Shown here: positions 12,396-23,929 of the stretch, piece after piece
Layout: each line of letters begins with the position of its first letter
How positions within the stretch are numbered: the stretch's first letter is position 1
Assembly (NCBI RefSeq): GCF_040938485.1
Contig: NW_027271825.1
Span: forward strand, 62,001 to 126,000
Reading direction: 5' to 3'
DNA from: Diadema antillarum
Taxonomy: Eukaryota
DNA: 64,000 bases
The notes under the pieces: generated by a model
Database searches by the model: none
What the model was told of the DNA's origin: nothing
Seen by the model: the letters and a program-made list of their open reading frames with translations, nothing else
Position numbers and translations under genes: made by a program

Positions 12396-13373
12396 TCAGT
12401 CACCATCAGCGGAGCTCAAATCAGAGGCACCCATCTTCATAAGGTCATATGCCGTTCGACCCAAGCTGGATGAAGATTCTATCTTACTCAGCTTCAAGCT
12501 CCCGTATCCACTGTTGAGGGATTCCCTGCTTCCTGCACTGCTGGACTGACCGCCCCCCTGGCCCTTGAGGAGTTCCTTCCCACCGCTTCCCCTACGCAGG
12601 ACTTTGTGGATGAACTTTGACACTGGGCTGGAGCCAGAGCGGTTTGCAGTCATGTGGGGAGAAGGGGGAAGGTTACAGGTGGTCATAGCCGGATGCTTCC
12701 CACTCAGCTCCTTTCTGATCTGACTGGAGGCTGTCCCTACGGCACTCTTCAAGTCTTTAGATGACGGGGACAGCGCATCTGCCTTAATCTGTCTCTCCCG
12801 GTCGTAGTGCGTGTAAGGACTGCTAAGAATGTTCATTCGTGGTGTGAAGCCATCTGGAATATCCACCTCTTTCTTGAGTTGACCGGGCAATGGGCTGTGC
12901 TGCCGATTTGTCTCCTGCTTTTGTTCAAAGAGATCCTTGACATGTACACGTTGTGCAACGGCCACATGATTGTCGCCGTCCCCATCGATATCGATGTCAA
13001 TGTTGATCAACTTCGCCTCTTTCATGGCTTCCTTGTCAGAAGGGTCGGCCAGGTTCATCCTGATGGTGCCTTGCTCAAACTTCGAGCGTCTCCTTGGACT
13101 CTCCTTCTGGCCAGCGTTTCCTGGATGGGAGCCAAGATTCCTTGCGGTGGTATCCTGTTCCACTGACCTGCCAGAGATGCTGGACAGGTTGAGGTCCAGC
13201 TGAAGTGGCTCCATCTCATCGCGTGCTCTCATCATCTGTAGGATGGTAGTCTCATCAGTCGCTGTACCATTGTACCTCTCTCGCAGGTACTGGTTCCTAT
13301 TCTTGATTAGCCTCGGGTCATCATCAGGTGGAAGTGGTGTAGACGTGCAAACAGGTGGTGTTGACTGCATCTC
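12396..13373 (-). CDS. Whirlin/PDZD7/harmonin-like protein, coding exon 9 (terminal; 325 codons of Ser/Pro/charged low-complexity tail, then TGA)
   Basis: ttttctcaccatcag acceptor, phase 0, open to TGA at 12398-12396, coding-like composition. Confidence 0.8.
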   Translation of the reverse strand, partial: EMQSTPPVCTSTPLPPDDDPRLIKNRNQYLRERYNGTATDETTILQMMRARDEMEPLQLDLNLSSISGRSVEQDTTARNLGSHPGNAGQKESPRRRSKFEQGTIRMNLADPSDKEAMKEAKLINIDIDIDGDGDNHVAVAQRVHVKDLFEQKQETNRQHSPLPGQLKKEVDIPDGFTPRMNILSSPYTHYDRERQIKADALSPSSKDLKSAVGTASSQIRKELSGKHPAMTTCNLPPSPHMTANRSGSSPVSKFIHKVLRRGSGGKELLKGQGGGQSSSAGSRESLNSGYGSLKLSKIESSSSLGRTAYDLMKMGASDLSSADGD

Positions 13374-13673
13374 CTGATGGTGAGAAAAGTCATGGAAATA
13401 ACTGAAATTACTGGATTATTTACCAACAGATTTATATAGAAATACCAAATATCAGTTAAAGAATTATAAGCAAACCAGATTTGAGGCAGACTGCTGGGGT
13501 TGTATGCTTCAGTTAACCAAGAGTCTTAGGAAACAGGGGTCAGGCATTGCTGCAATCAGTTTAAGAACATCATGAAAATCTAAAAGCTACGCCTGTACCC
13601 TTTGTTATCAGAAAGACAAACACACAGTGACATACACACATAACACAAACAGAAATTCTTTTATACTACTTAC

Positions 13674-13777
13674 AGCAACAAACTGTGCAATCTCCATGTC
13701 AGTTTCAGGTATTGGAGATTTGGGGCCACGTCTCCTAGTAGTGCGGGTAGGACTGACATCCACATCTATTTTAGGAG
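13674..13777 (-). CDS. Whirlin-like protein, coding exon 8 ((A)PKIDVDVSPTRTTRRRGPKSPIPETDMEIAQFVA)
   Basis: ttcttttgcag acceptor, GCT|gtaagt donor. Supplies the phase 1 to 0 change needed between flanking exons. Confidence 0.8.
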
Positions 13778-14282
13778 CTGCAAAAGAAGGATCACGACAC
13801 CAGGGGTTAACATCTGAAGGGAGTAGTCTTATCATCAATACCAAACTTGTAGTCTCACAGTGCTTTAGCCAGTATCCTCCCCCCCCCCCCCAAAGAAAGA
13901 AAGAAATGTAAATCTTTATGCAAAGTGTTATATAAAAAGACATGGTAAAAGACAGTACTGGTAGATATGCATGTTGTCGTATCTGACACATACATGTGGC
14001 TAATACAGAGATATTAAAGAACATGTGCATAAAAAGCTCAGCAATATTCCCTTTCAGCATGTGACCCAAAACAAATCTCTGGGCTTAACTCAGACACCTC
14101 TCAATTAGCATAAGCTTGATCAGTGCAACTTCAGATGACATAATATACCTAGTCCTTACAGTCCTTATAAGGACTACATACAACAGTAAACATGATGTTA
14201 CTACAAACTTCACTTCCTCACGTCTCCATGCAAACTTTCAAACATCACATGATATACTTGATTGCTGTTTCTCAGTCCTAAA

Positions 14283-15063
14283 CCCTAAAAGGGCCGGGCT
14301 TTTTTGGCTATGCTCAGACCGGGGGTGGGGGGATGGATTCCGCCCCCCCCCCCCCCCCCCCCCCCCCCCGAGATCTCGGCCATCGGTGGTGTGATCGTGA
14401 TGAAATTTTGCATGCGTGAGACCCACGTCATAATCTACAAGATTGTGTCATAAAATTTGTTTAAGCAATCAATTTCTAATTTTGATTAATTAATTATGCA
14501 AATTAAGCTCAAGGTCATATTTTAGCCTAATTAAAAGCATTGAGAGTCTAATTTTTGATCTGTAAATCTGTTTTAGCATATTCAACAATTGTACATCACA
14601 AAAACTTCCATACTCATTTAATTTCTTATGTATTTTATTGTTTTCAGAATTTCTTATGTATTTCTGTTTTTCAACTTTTGTTTTTTCTTTGTTTTTTCAT
14701 TGGAAATTGTCACTGACCACTTTTCTACCATTATTAGTACAAAATTAATCAATGAAAGCGATTAATTGTAAAAATAATCAGGCTTTTATGACTTTAATGA
14801 CAGAGCACTGTTTTCCATAGGAAATGTACACAAAATCACAAAATTGTGCCCGTTTTGGGGCAACATTCCGTTACAAAAATGGGTGTGGCTTCTCGAAAGT
14901 ATGCGCGGACGTTGCAAATTTGGTCTCAAAAGTTGCGCGAGACGTGAACAAACAAAGTCAAGAAACCTCGTGACGAGGCCTTCTCGCGTTACAGAATTAT
15001 AGCGCGAAACGTCGAGGGGGGGCGGATTCCGCCCTCCGCCCCCCACCCCCGGCCCTTATAGGG
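14283..15063. mobile_element. piggyBac-type MITE (~780 bp)
   Basis: TIR ccctaaaagggccggg ... ccggcccttataggg, right flank TTAA, left flank TAAA; no transposase ORF. Confidence 0.7.
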
Positions 15064-15129
15064 TTAAGAAAATCATTAATTCCTTCTTTTATTTTCTTTT
15101 CTTTTAATTACACTGAGCGGAATACTCAC

Positions 15130-15228
15130 CATCCTTACAGCTCTTTCCCCCAGTAGATGAGCTGGAGGACACATGGCGAGCTCTCATCTTTGATGTGTGG
15201 TCACTGCTTTGGGATGACTTCCTTGGAG
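15130..15228 (-). CDS. Whirlin-like protein, coding exon 7 ((A)PRKSSQSSDHTSKMRARHVSSSSSTGGKSCKD)
   Basis: tttcctgtccag acceptor, G|gtgagt donor, phase 1 in and out. Confidence 0.82.
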
Positions 15229-15690
15229 CTGGACAGGAAATACAAACAGGAAATATACTTAATGGGACTAAGCAGTCTCCGAGGTAGTGTGTTCAGTGGT
15301 AACATGTCCCTGACTGACACATACTATACAGCATGATACTTGCTACAGAGTTTGCTGATATTGGTGCACCACAGTTTCAAATTTCACGAGTATAGCACCA
15401 TAAGTGCATTCAACCTCGCTAAAGTCGTAACTGCTATTAGACACACATCTTTGACATGTTAGCATCTCTCAATCAAATACACACTGCATGAATAACAGTG
15501 AAACATGACCTACTTCGTAAAATAAAGACTTATAAAATGGTTATTGTATCTTACTCATTTGTTAAGTGCCAGACTACCAGTATGGTGAATTTCATTACTT
15601 GATGAAATTGTAGTGATAAGAGCACCTATAAATATTTTGGCAATGTTGCATACAATACTACACAGATTGTAAATGTTAGCCATCACTTAC

Positions 15691-15781
15691 CTGGTTTGAC
15701 ATGGAGTACCACAATACTGGCAGACAAGACCAGGTTGATAATCTGCATGTGCTCTAATCCTGACACATCAGCCCCATTCAC
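15691..15781 (-). CDS. Whirlin-like protein, coding exon 6 (PDZ2 end: VNGADVSGLEHMQIINLVLSASIVVLHVKP)
   Basis: Completes the PDZ fold after ...GELITR; AAG acceptor, G|gtaagt donor. Confidence 0.85.
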
Positions 15782-16430
15782 CTTGAAGATATCACCAGAA
15801 GACAAATATCAAAAGAAGACTGAATTTTCCTTGACAAAATGCAAAAATTATGATAAAACATCTTTCCTACTTGCCATTGAATATTATACAAGTTGTATGC
15901 AGTGCAGTGTACGAAAGATGTGATCTATGTGAAGAAAATAGTCTTAGAATTCAGAATTTTGTTCACTTTTCTTTATCTCAGTTCTCCTTTTTTTTTTTAA
16001 AGAGTATATGAAATTAAAGAGTGAGGGAGAGAGAGCTCAAGAAAAAAAATATTTTCATAAACATCATTCCATCTTTTATACCAAAGTATACACACACTCA
16101 AATATTTCAACCACTCGCATACAATCCTCATGCTGTGAATTATCTTCATGTGTCCATTAGTTTTACTGTCATGAGAATTTCTGTAACTAACATGAACCAG
16201 ATTCATTCTCAGAAAACAAAGTGCAGTACACAGTAGCAAAATGTGCTAGAGTGCATTTTCTAGATAGATTTTCTCACAAGTGGTCTTCCTGGCAAAATTA
16301 TTGGCATGACTGCGACTGAATTCATAGCATAGTTACAAGCAACAGGAAATATTACTTTTCAAATCTTTATCAATATTTTCTTGTTTCATCTCATTCTAGA
16401 GAATGAAAGATGGCATGTAAGAAGACTCAC

Positions 16431-16527
16431 TCTTGTAATCAGCTCCCCTTTCTTCAAGCCAGCTCTGTCTGCTGGTGACGATGGATCAACACTGGCCACT
16501 GACACATCTATATTCTGATCCATGCCA
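16431..16527 (-). CDS. Whirlin-like protein, coding exon 5 (PDZ2: GMDQNIDVSVASVDPSSPADRAGLKKGELITR)
   Basis: ttcag acceptor, AGA|gtgagt donor, PDZ SPA.RAGL..G motif. Confidence 0.9.
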
Positions 16528-17258
16528 CTGAATTAAACACAATGAATGAAAACTAAATATCAGCACAGTTTAACAATTAAACAAAACAATTTCAGTTAGG
16601 TTTTGAAGTTCTCTGATATGAGAATTTAGAATGGCATGTGCCAATATAATTTCATTCAAGAATTTGCTGTATAATTGCTCTTCCAATAGTAAAAAATATT
16701 TTAAGCACTGTATTGTGACTCAGAGACAGACACAAATACACAAAAATAGTACTTATATCCAACTTCTTTGCAAATCATCACATCAAATGTGATTAATTTG
16801 AAACTGCTAGATAGATGACCTTCTGGGAATCTCAAGATTTGAACTTTTTAAAATTTCAAACCATGCACACACATCATTTAATCAGACAGGACAAAACCCT
16901 CTATGCATCTTGCATATCCACAGTTCTAAATGTATAAAAATATGCATACAGATAAAGAATAATTTCATGAATTCAGATAACCTGGAATTTACAGCATTGG
17001 TTGGGTTTTAAACTTTGGGGTTTCCATACAAACTGATAACAACCCTATATCACATCTTATCTATAGTTGCAAATTTTATGAAGCCTACAACCATTTGATC
17101 TTTACAGGGTAAACTGATTCTAGGGTTGAAAGGGGGAGCTGGACAAATCCTCATTGGTCAAAGGGTCCAACTTATATGAGGCATAAAAAGGTTAAGCTCT
17201 AGAACCTTCATTCATGAAGACTTCTACCAATATTTGAATAGTAGGAGAGGGATCTTAC

Positions 17259-17408
17259 CCTCTGATACTGAATCCCAGCCATCCATCCTCCTCGGCTAGA
17301 ATGGTCACTTTCCGACCCTTGGCCGTCTTGGTTTCCTCCTGACTAAGCTCTTGACTGCTGCCGAGCCACTGCTGGCTCCCCAGGTTGGTCCCAGACACTA
17401 ACGATGGT
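17259..17408 (-). CDS. Whirlin-like protein, coding exon 4 (linker + PDZ2 start: GRKVTILAEEDGWLGFSIRG)
   Basis: ctttcaccatacag acceptor, GG|gtaaga donor, LGFSIRGG carboxylate-binding loop. Confidence 0.9.
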
Positions 17409-17817
17409 CTGTATGGTGAAAGAAGAAACAATCATCTGTCTATTAAAGAGAGAAACACACTCATTTAAAAAAAACCAAAACAAAACAAAACAAAAAACAG
17501 GGAGAGAGATTAGCTCTCAAACACAACCTTGTAAACTTAAAAGGAAGATGTTGTCTTTACAAAAAATCTAATCATTTCATCCAAGGGTGATATGTGCAAG
17601 AGAAATCAAATGACTTATCTCATCCTATTTTGGAATGAAAAGATATATTCATTTTTTTTTTTTTTAAATAAACATCAGTGCATATCTGAAACTTATCACC
17701 TTGAAGCAAATCATCTCATCAGAGAGTCTATTCTGTACACTGGAGGAAGAGAGGAGATTATTACAGGGTGCCACTTCAGTATTACTGTTAGTATCACAAA
17801 TAAAGGCTTGTTCTGAC

Positions 17818-17975
17818 CTTGGTGTATTGTTGACAGAGCCAGGCATTTGGCCAAGAGGTGCCAGGTACACATGGATTCTCGGAGCAGACTTGATTGCCAC
17901 AACTGCTTGCGAGTGGGTGATGTTCTTGAATACTATGTTGTTTACTTTCAGGATTCTCTCTCCGACTTTCATCCC
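17818..17975 (-). CDS. Whirlin-like protein, coding exon 3 (PDZ1 end: GMKVGERILKVNNIVFKNITHSQAVVAIKSAPRIHVYL...)
   Basis: ttgcag acceptor; AG|gtcaga donor gives the phase 2 required by the next exon. Confidence 0.88.
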
Positions 17976-18747
17976 CTGCAAGTGTAGGAATGGATTAGAC
18001 ATTAGAAGTGAGGCTTGCACCATAGTAACATACAACAGTGGGCTGACTCATTACAAGGGAGACATCACGCAAAAAGCAAATTAAGTATAAACTCAGAGAA
18101 AGGAGTATTCTACAAAACATGGAAACACATCTTCTACAGTTCATGTGACAGCGAAGACTCCTCTGAGGGGATTTTAACTTGCACAATGAAAACTTCTTTT
18201 TTTTTTGCACCACAACAAAAACATAAAATATATTCAGCATATATTCTGCAAAAGAATGATTTGTGTTTAATACTAAAATGCCCTAGATTCAATGTTCAAA
18301 CTGAATCATTCAGTGTGATTGTGTTAACAAGTCCAAACAGGATTCTCTTGTAACATATTGTTGGATATGGCAAGTTGTCTGCACAAGGCCAATTCAAAAA
18401 CATTTTAATTTGATCTCACAAAGCTCTGGACCTCTTTTCCATATGTTCAACACAACCATAAAGTACCAACATTTACTCAAAGTAGCAAATCATTCCTAGC
18501 TCAATATGCTTGTGAACAGGAAGTTTTGATTTCACTACCTTGATAAGCATGGATTTTTTTCTTCTTCTTCATTTTTTAAAACCAAATTTGCAAAGACACA
18601 CGCACACACACCAAATAATCAAAATGTTAAAAATAAAGAGATAAATAGATGTACATAACAGATCAAAATAAAGCTAACTGAAAGAATGTAATTTAGCTGA
18701 GGCATAATTACGGTGTGAAACATATTTTACACAGTCTATAACATTAC

Positions 18748-18873
18748 CTTTCTTTCTGCCTGACCACCTGGATCCACTTCGGAAACAAATATACCAGTAT
18801 TGAGGTCCACACCACCACGGATACAGAACCCAAAGGACTGACCTTCCCTCCTTTCCAGTGTAACTCTCCGTAC
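18748..18873 (-). CDS. Whirlin-like protein, coding exon 2 (PDZ1 start: VRRVTLERREGQSFGFCIRGGVDLNTGIFVSEVDPGGQAERK)
   Basis: ttttgacag acceptor, AAG|gtaatg donor, GFxIRGG...GIFVS.V..G..AE motif typical of whirlin/PDZD7/harmonin PDZ1. Confidence 0.92.
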
Positions 18874-19805
18874 CTGTCAAAAGGAAACAAGCAACAATGA
18901 TTAAACAAGTACATGAATAGATAAATGTGTGATTGAGTGAGGGAAATGAAAAGGAGAGTAGCTATTTTTTTTTTCTGTTCAATTGAGGCGAATACTGCTA
19001 CAGGTAGATAACCACAGATAGAGTTAATTAAATGTCTGGTGGATATTTACAATCACTGTATGCAGTCATAGTTCTCTCATCATTATGTCTGTCTTTTTAA
19101 AACTATCCTGATACAGTGTACCATTTTACTGAAAAAAAAAAATTATTCATGTACTTACACAGTACACATACTTTGAATGACAAAGAATGCTTATGATCAT
19201 TATGAATATTTGAACTACTTTTGCTTTGAATTGCTTCGATATTTCAGTTTTTTAAAAAGAACCATCAAAAACACTTTTTGATTATCACACAGAATATTTA
19301 CTAGTTTGTTCTATTCCTAACCAAAAATTTTATGCACAGTACGAACAAAATATCATATGGCATGTGCCAGTGCTTTCATATTTTTCTTTAGTAAATGTGG
19401 GCTTCTATGTTACATAACAGATGATTACCAAGCATGATATGATAGCTCAGTGGGGGTAAATAGAAAGTTTAGAAGTGACAGGCTCAACAAGCTCGGTTAT
19501 GTTCTCCTTCAAATGCCTACAAACAAAGATAATGTACTATCCATTGTACTATAACTAGGATGTGAATGAAACAAGAATGTACACTATGCATTTCAAAGGA
19601 TTGTGACACATGGATAATCTGTAAAGTTTGGCTCATTTTCTTCTATGAACTCTAAACCATTCAGCACCCTTCAAGGAAATGACAACACAGAAAAAACTAC
19701 AACCTGTATGACATTAATTACGCTGAATACCATTACTGATTAGTTCTAAAAGAAATTTTTATCAAACAGAATGTTAAATTTTAGAAGAGTGACAAAGCCC
19801 CTAAC

Positions 19806-20486
19806 CTTGAGTGGTTTCGGTGTTGCATTCTGCTTGAGCTCCCCTAGCCTTACTCTAGGTGTAGAGTCACTGCTAGTGTGGCTGATGTTCAGTGCGGTAG
19901 GCTGTTGCTCTGAACGCACCACAGGCACAGGATCTGGAGTATTCCGTCCACATGGGACTTCTTCTGTTGCATGGTATGTCTTGCTGCGCTTGTGGTCCTT
20001 TGCGAAGCGAACAACCTCGACGGATTGCTGACTGTGGTTTCGCTGTAGGTTGGTCTGGTGCCCCTTGAAAGTCTGCATGGTGTGTTCCCGGGCCTCTGCA
20101 ATATTATGCAGCTGCTCTACGGGCAGGAAGACACGAGCTGACGACTTTCGCTCTCTCCCTTTGTTTGGACTTGGCTTCTTCACCGGGCTATCCAGCTTAT
20201 ACTTATCAACGAGCTTCGGTCGAACGAGAGTGCTGTAATATTCAAACTGGAGTCGTGACAGGTTGTCGAAGTCCACACGGAGGTCAGCCGGGATCATGGG
20301 GAAGATGAGGGTCATCATGTGCACATTCTCAGGAGTGTCCAGGAATTTCTGCAGTGCTGTGCAGAGTCCCAGCACCGACTGTGTCTCACGGAACCGCTTT
20401 ATACAGATTTTCAGGGTTGTGCACTCCGGGTCTGTCAAGTGTTTATGGGCGGCATTGCGCAGCTTGTATCCAGCTGAATTGGCCAT
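19806..20486 (-). CDS. Whirlin-like protein, coding exon 1 (harmonin-homology domain + linker, 227 codons)
   Basis: aaaaccATGG start, AAG|gttagg donor, acceptor at 20614. FLDTPENVHMMTLIFPMIPADLRVDFDNL aligns by eye with whirlin HHD1 LLDSPVKRRLLPMLRLVIPRSDQLLFDQY. Spliced CDS is 2481 nt = 827 aa. Confidence 0.85.
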
Positions 20487-20834
20487 GGTTTTCACAACTT
20501 TTGAGTCAGTGCTCGTAACAAATAAATACAATATGTAAGATGAGGTGTCATGTACTGTAAACCGATTTCCTTGTTCAGCATTGCATGTGGTGACATCTTT
20601 GGTTCTTCAACTGCTGTTTGAATAAACACACAGAAAAAAACATATGCTGAAAACAAATATTGAAAACAAATATTGTAACTCCTGACATTGTTAATTAATG
20701 TCACTTCCCACACTTTACCCACTAGAACCCACTTTCATCAGACGAAATAATGCCTTAAACATACTTGTAGTAACAAAGGAGCCATTGTATGAAGGTCTAT
20801 AATTCCTGTCTGAAGAAACATGAGGGCATGGTAA

Positions 20835-21324
20835 GGCCAAGTAAAAAAAGAAACCAGTTTCTCGTCCTCGCGTGCATCGATTTTGGCCGCCGCATCGATT
20901 TTTTTACTATTTACTATTTTCAAAATGGCGCTGAAAATACCAAGAAATTCATAATTCTCGTCCCAGCCCGCTCCCCGCCCGCATCGATTTTCAGTTGCCG
21001 CATCAACTTTTTTGATATTTACTATTTTTTAGGCCGCCGAAAAAAAATCGACAATTCACCTACCAATCGTGATGTCTCATTTCTAATTATGCCTTGCTAT
21101 ACCAGAGTGATATTTCATTTCATAAATTGGATATAGAAAATAGAAAAGCCCTCTCTCGTTACCTTTCTCAGAATTACCGGACGAGAAACACATAGCTTAT
21201 AGGGCCTATTACTTTCATTTTGACAATCTTCGAAAAAATAGTAAGATATCAAATAGTAAGGACCTCCCTCATCGCCTTGCTCAAAAAACCCGGACGAGAA
21301 ACTACTATCTTTTTTTACTTGGCC
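20835..21324. mobile_element. PIF/Harbinger-type MITE
   Basis: TIR GGCCAAGTAAAAAAAGA ... TCTTTTTTTACTTGGCC flanked by a TAA target-site duplication (20832-34, 21325-27). Confidence 0.8.
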
Positions 21325-22206
21325 TAATACTAAAAAGACTGATTTATATCAAAATTAATAATAATAATAAAAATGATAATAGTAATAACAATAATAATAT
21401 CATAATATAAGTAACAATAATGATGATAATAAATATAGAGATAAAAAGCTGCATGGCTTCAGTTGTCAACAGATAAATAAGGCAAAACTTGATTCATTCT
21501 CGCTGATAGTAGAGTCAGAATTAATAATTTAGACCAGCTGGGTATTTTTTTTTTTTTAAGTAAAATGCTATTGAACTCTAGTCTCTCTACATTCTAGAAA
21601 TTCGAGGCACATTCATTTCTATTGAAATGAGGGGACTAATACACAGGCATTTAATCTTTAGAATGTTAGAATTATTTTGATGACATAAATCTAACTGTTA
21701 GAGCTTGACCGAAAGATTGGCCTGCAATTCCGGCTGCATGTCTCTGGTAGTACGTCGTTGGGGATATGGATATGTTCCATGGAGACTGCGTGTTGCTTCA
21801 TGGAATTGGAGATCTGCCAATAACGTTGTTGTCGCTGTTTTGGTTTTAATGGCGTGTATCACTCAGTAACGTTATGTAGCATTCAATCAACAATTAGAAC
21901 ATAGAACTACGTTCTCACTGCACTCACTGACACTGGCACTGCCTACCAGAATTGCAGAAAATAGCATCTTTCTGGGACTTTGCATCTAGACTAAGGTACA
22001 AGAAAGACCGAAAGATATACACATTCTTTAACAAAGTAAAATCCGCTGCCCAAAATCCATGCGTCTATTGTGTAACTACGTTTTACACGAGTATCGCCTG
22101 CCTGTAGTAGAGTTAGGTTGGTCCACCCAGACCAGACCCAGGTGCGGCGCCGGCCGAGCTCTGGGAAGTTGGTCGATAGGTGGGTCTGAATAACACACGC
22201 ACTTAC

Positions 22207-22400
22207 CGGGGTGACTCACTAGGTTTCTATGCACGCTATTGAGATAGCAGACATAGCAACACAACACTGAAAATTACGAGGACCGCTCATCTTATCACAC
22301 AAAATGGTCCCGATACCAAATAAAACATACCTTTGACTTCATACAGAGACACTCAAACAGTTTTTCAAATCTAAGGCGACAACTTCACGCTCGAAAGTAA
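22207..22400 (-). promoter_or_regulatory. Putative non-coding first exon/TSS region of the whirlin-like gene
   Basis: CCG|gtaagt donor at 22207/22206 beside a CpG-rich patch (22080-22200); the 5' boundary is approximate. Confidence 0.4.
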
Positions 22401-23287
22401 AACGAGGAAATGCTCACCTTCATTTCTTTATCAAGGGTCGTCCATAGGCCTGCGTATCTACACCATGCATTATACACACAGCGAAACACCAACGAAGCCA
22501 CATAGGCTTCCCCCGTACGTATGTACGCATGATACGACGTGTGTACGTACAACAACACGTAAGCACACCAACAGGTGCATGCTGAACATACGGGTGCTTT
22601 AAACTCATTAATATTCTAGTACCTTAGGCCTGATTGGATAGTTTGTGAGACGCGCATACTTTCAATCGATTTCAGAACCAATAGATTGCGAGGAAAGGGT
22701 TTATTTACCTGTTGAAGAATTTCTATCTTTTTTGTTTTGCTTTATATCGCCTTTAGTCATCATGATTTTAGGTCAGATGAACATACACTGTACTACTAGT
22801 AATCATTGTGAAACACTAAATCCAATGACGATCTTTTCAAATCATTGTTGCATGCACTGGGAACATTCGTAGAGGAGGATTGTTACTGCCAAGTACCTAA
22901 GTTTCAAAGTTACCAGTTTCAAATGTGATCTCGAACATTTTTTTTTTGTTTAAATCACTACGCCTAATGGTAAATACTACTCAGTAAACTTATTTGCCCC
23001 TCGGGGACGTATGAAATTAATTACTTGATTATTGATAGGCGCTGTGCCGAAGATGTATCACACGGACAGGAAAATTCATAGGGTCATTTTGTCCAGTTCA
23101 CTGTTGGGCTGTCAACCAGAAATAATGCCGTTAACTTATTCCACTCGTTGATTTCTCTCTCGAGAGAGAGAGAGCCCCTGGAGCACTATCTCATGACATG
23201 TTTCTTCAGTATCTTGAATTGGTGTCCATGTGGTTCTCCAGAAGAGAACTTACAGCACTCGATCGGGAGACTTTAGAGGGAGCGTCT

Positions 23288-23829
23288 AGTTTTGGTTGAG
23301 ACCGTGTAACTTCAGTTTTCTTTCTTTCTTTTTTTTTATTTGTGAGATACAGTAATAATTTTGGTGAGATAATGAGAAACTTATTTGATGAAAATCGGTT
23401 TTAAAATGGCTGAGATAGCCAAAAAATGCATTCCAAATAAAAAGCGGGACCCACCTTTTATTAGGATCGCTTTGTTTTACTTTGTTTTTGGATGGTGAGA
23501 AAATGAAAAACCTCTCATGAAACATGAAAGATCATGTGATTCCAGGAGAGATTCAACCTTTATTTGATGAAAATCGGTTTTAAAATGGCTGTTTCCTATA
23601 GCAAAAAAGTGCATTCCAAATAAAAAGCGGACCCACCTTTTATTAGGATTGCTTTGTTTTACTTTGTTTTTTGATGTCTCAGTGATTCCAAAACCGATTT
23701 TCATCTAATAAACTTTGAATTCCTCTTAAAATGGTATGCTCTGTACTCTTACATTATGTGGCTCATTGGTATCTCACAAAAAGTTAAAAGCCTAATTCTC
23801 ATATCAACCAATACTATATAATCCTTTTA
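23288..23829 (-). mobile_element. Rearranged copy of the TTAA-flanked (Kolobok-type) MITE at 48646-49028, with an internal tandem duplication
   Basis: Reverse-complement similarity to 48650-49020; the ttatttgatgaaaatcggttttaaaatggctg...ttgttttactttgttttt block occurs twice. Confidence 0.7.
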
Positions 23830-23929
23830 AAATAAATGGTAAATCCTATTTATAGTTTTAAAAATCTATATAATATCAGCTCTGTATGCAAGTGAAGGCA
23901 TGCAATTCTAAATGATTTATAAATCTTGC

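Noticed and set aside
12807-13203. Plus-strand ORFs over the last whirlin-like exon (similarly 19771-20538 and 55729-56604)
   Set aside because: Shadow ORFs antisense to real GC-rich coding exons.
17700-17817. Extension of whirlin-like exon 3 to the donor at 17700, as the ORF track suggests
   Set aside because: It ends in phase 0 while the next exon needs phase 2; the donor at 17818 restores the frame.
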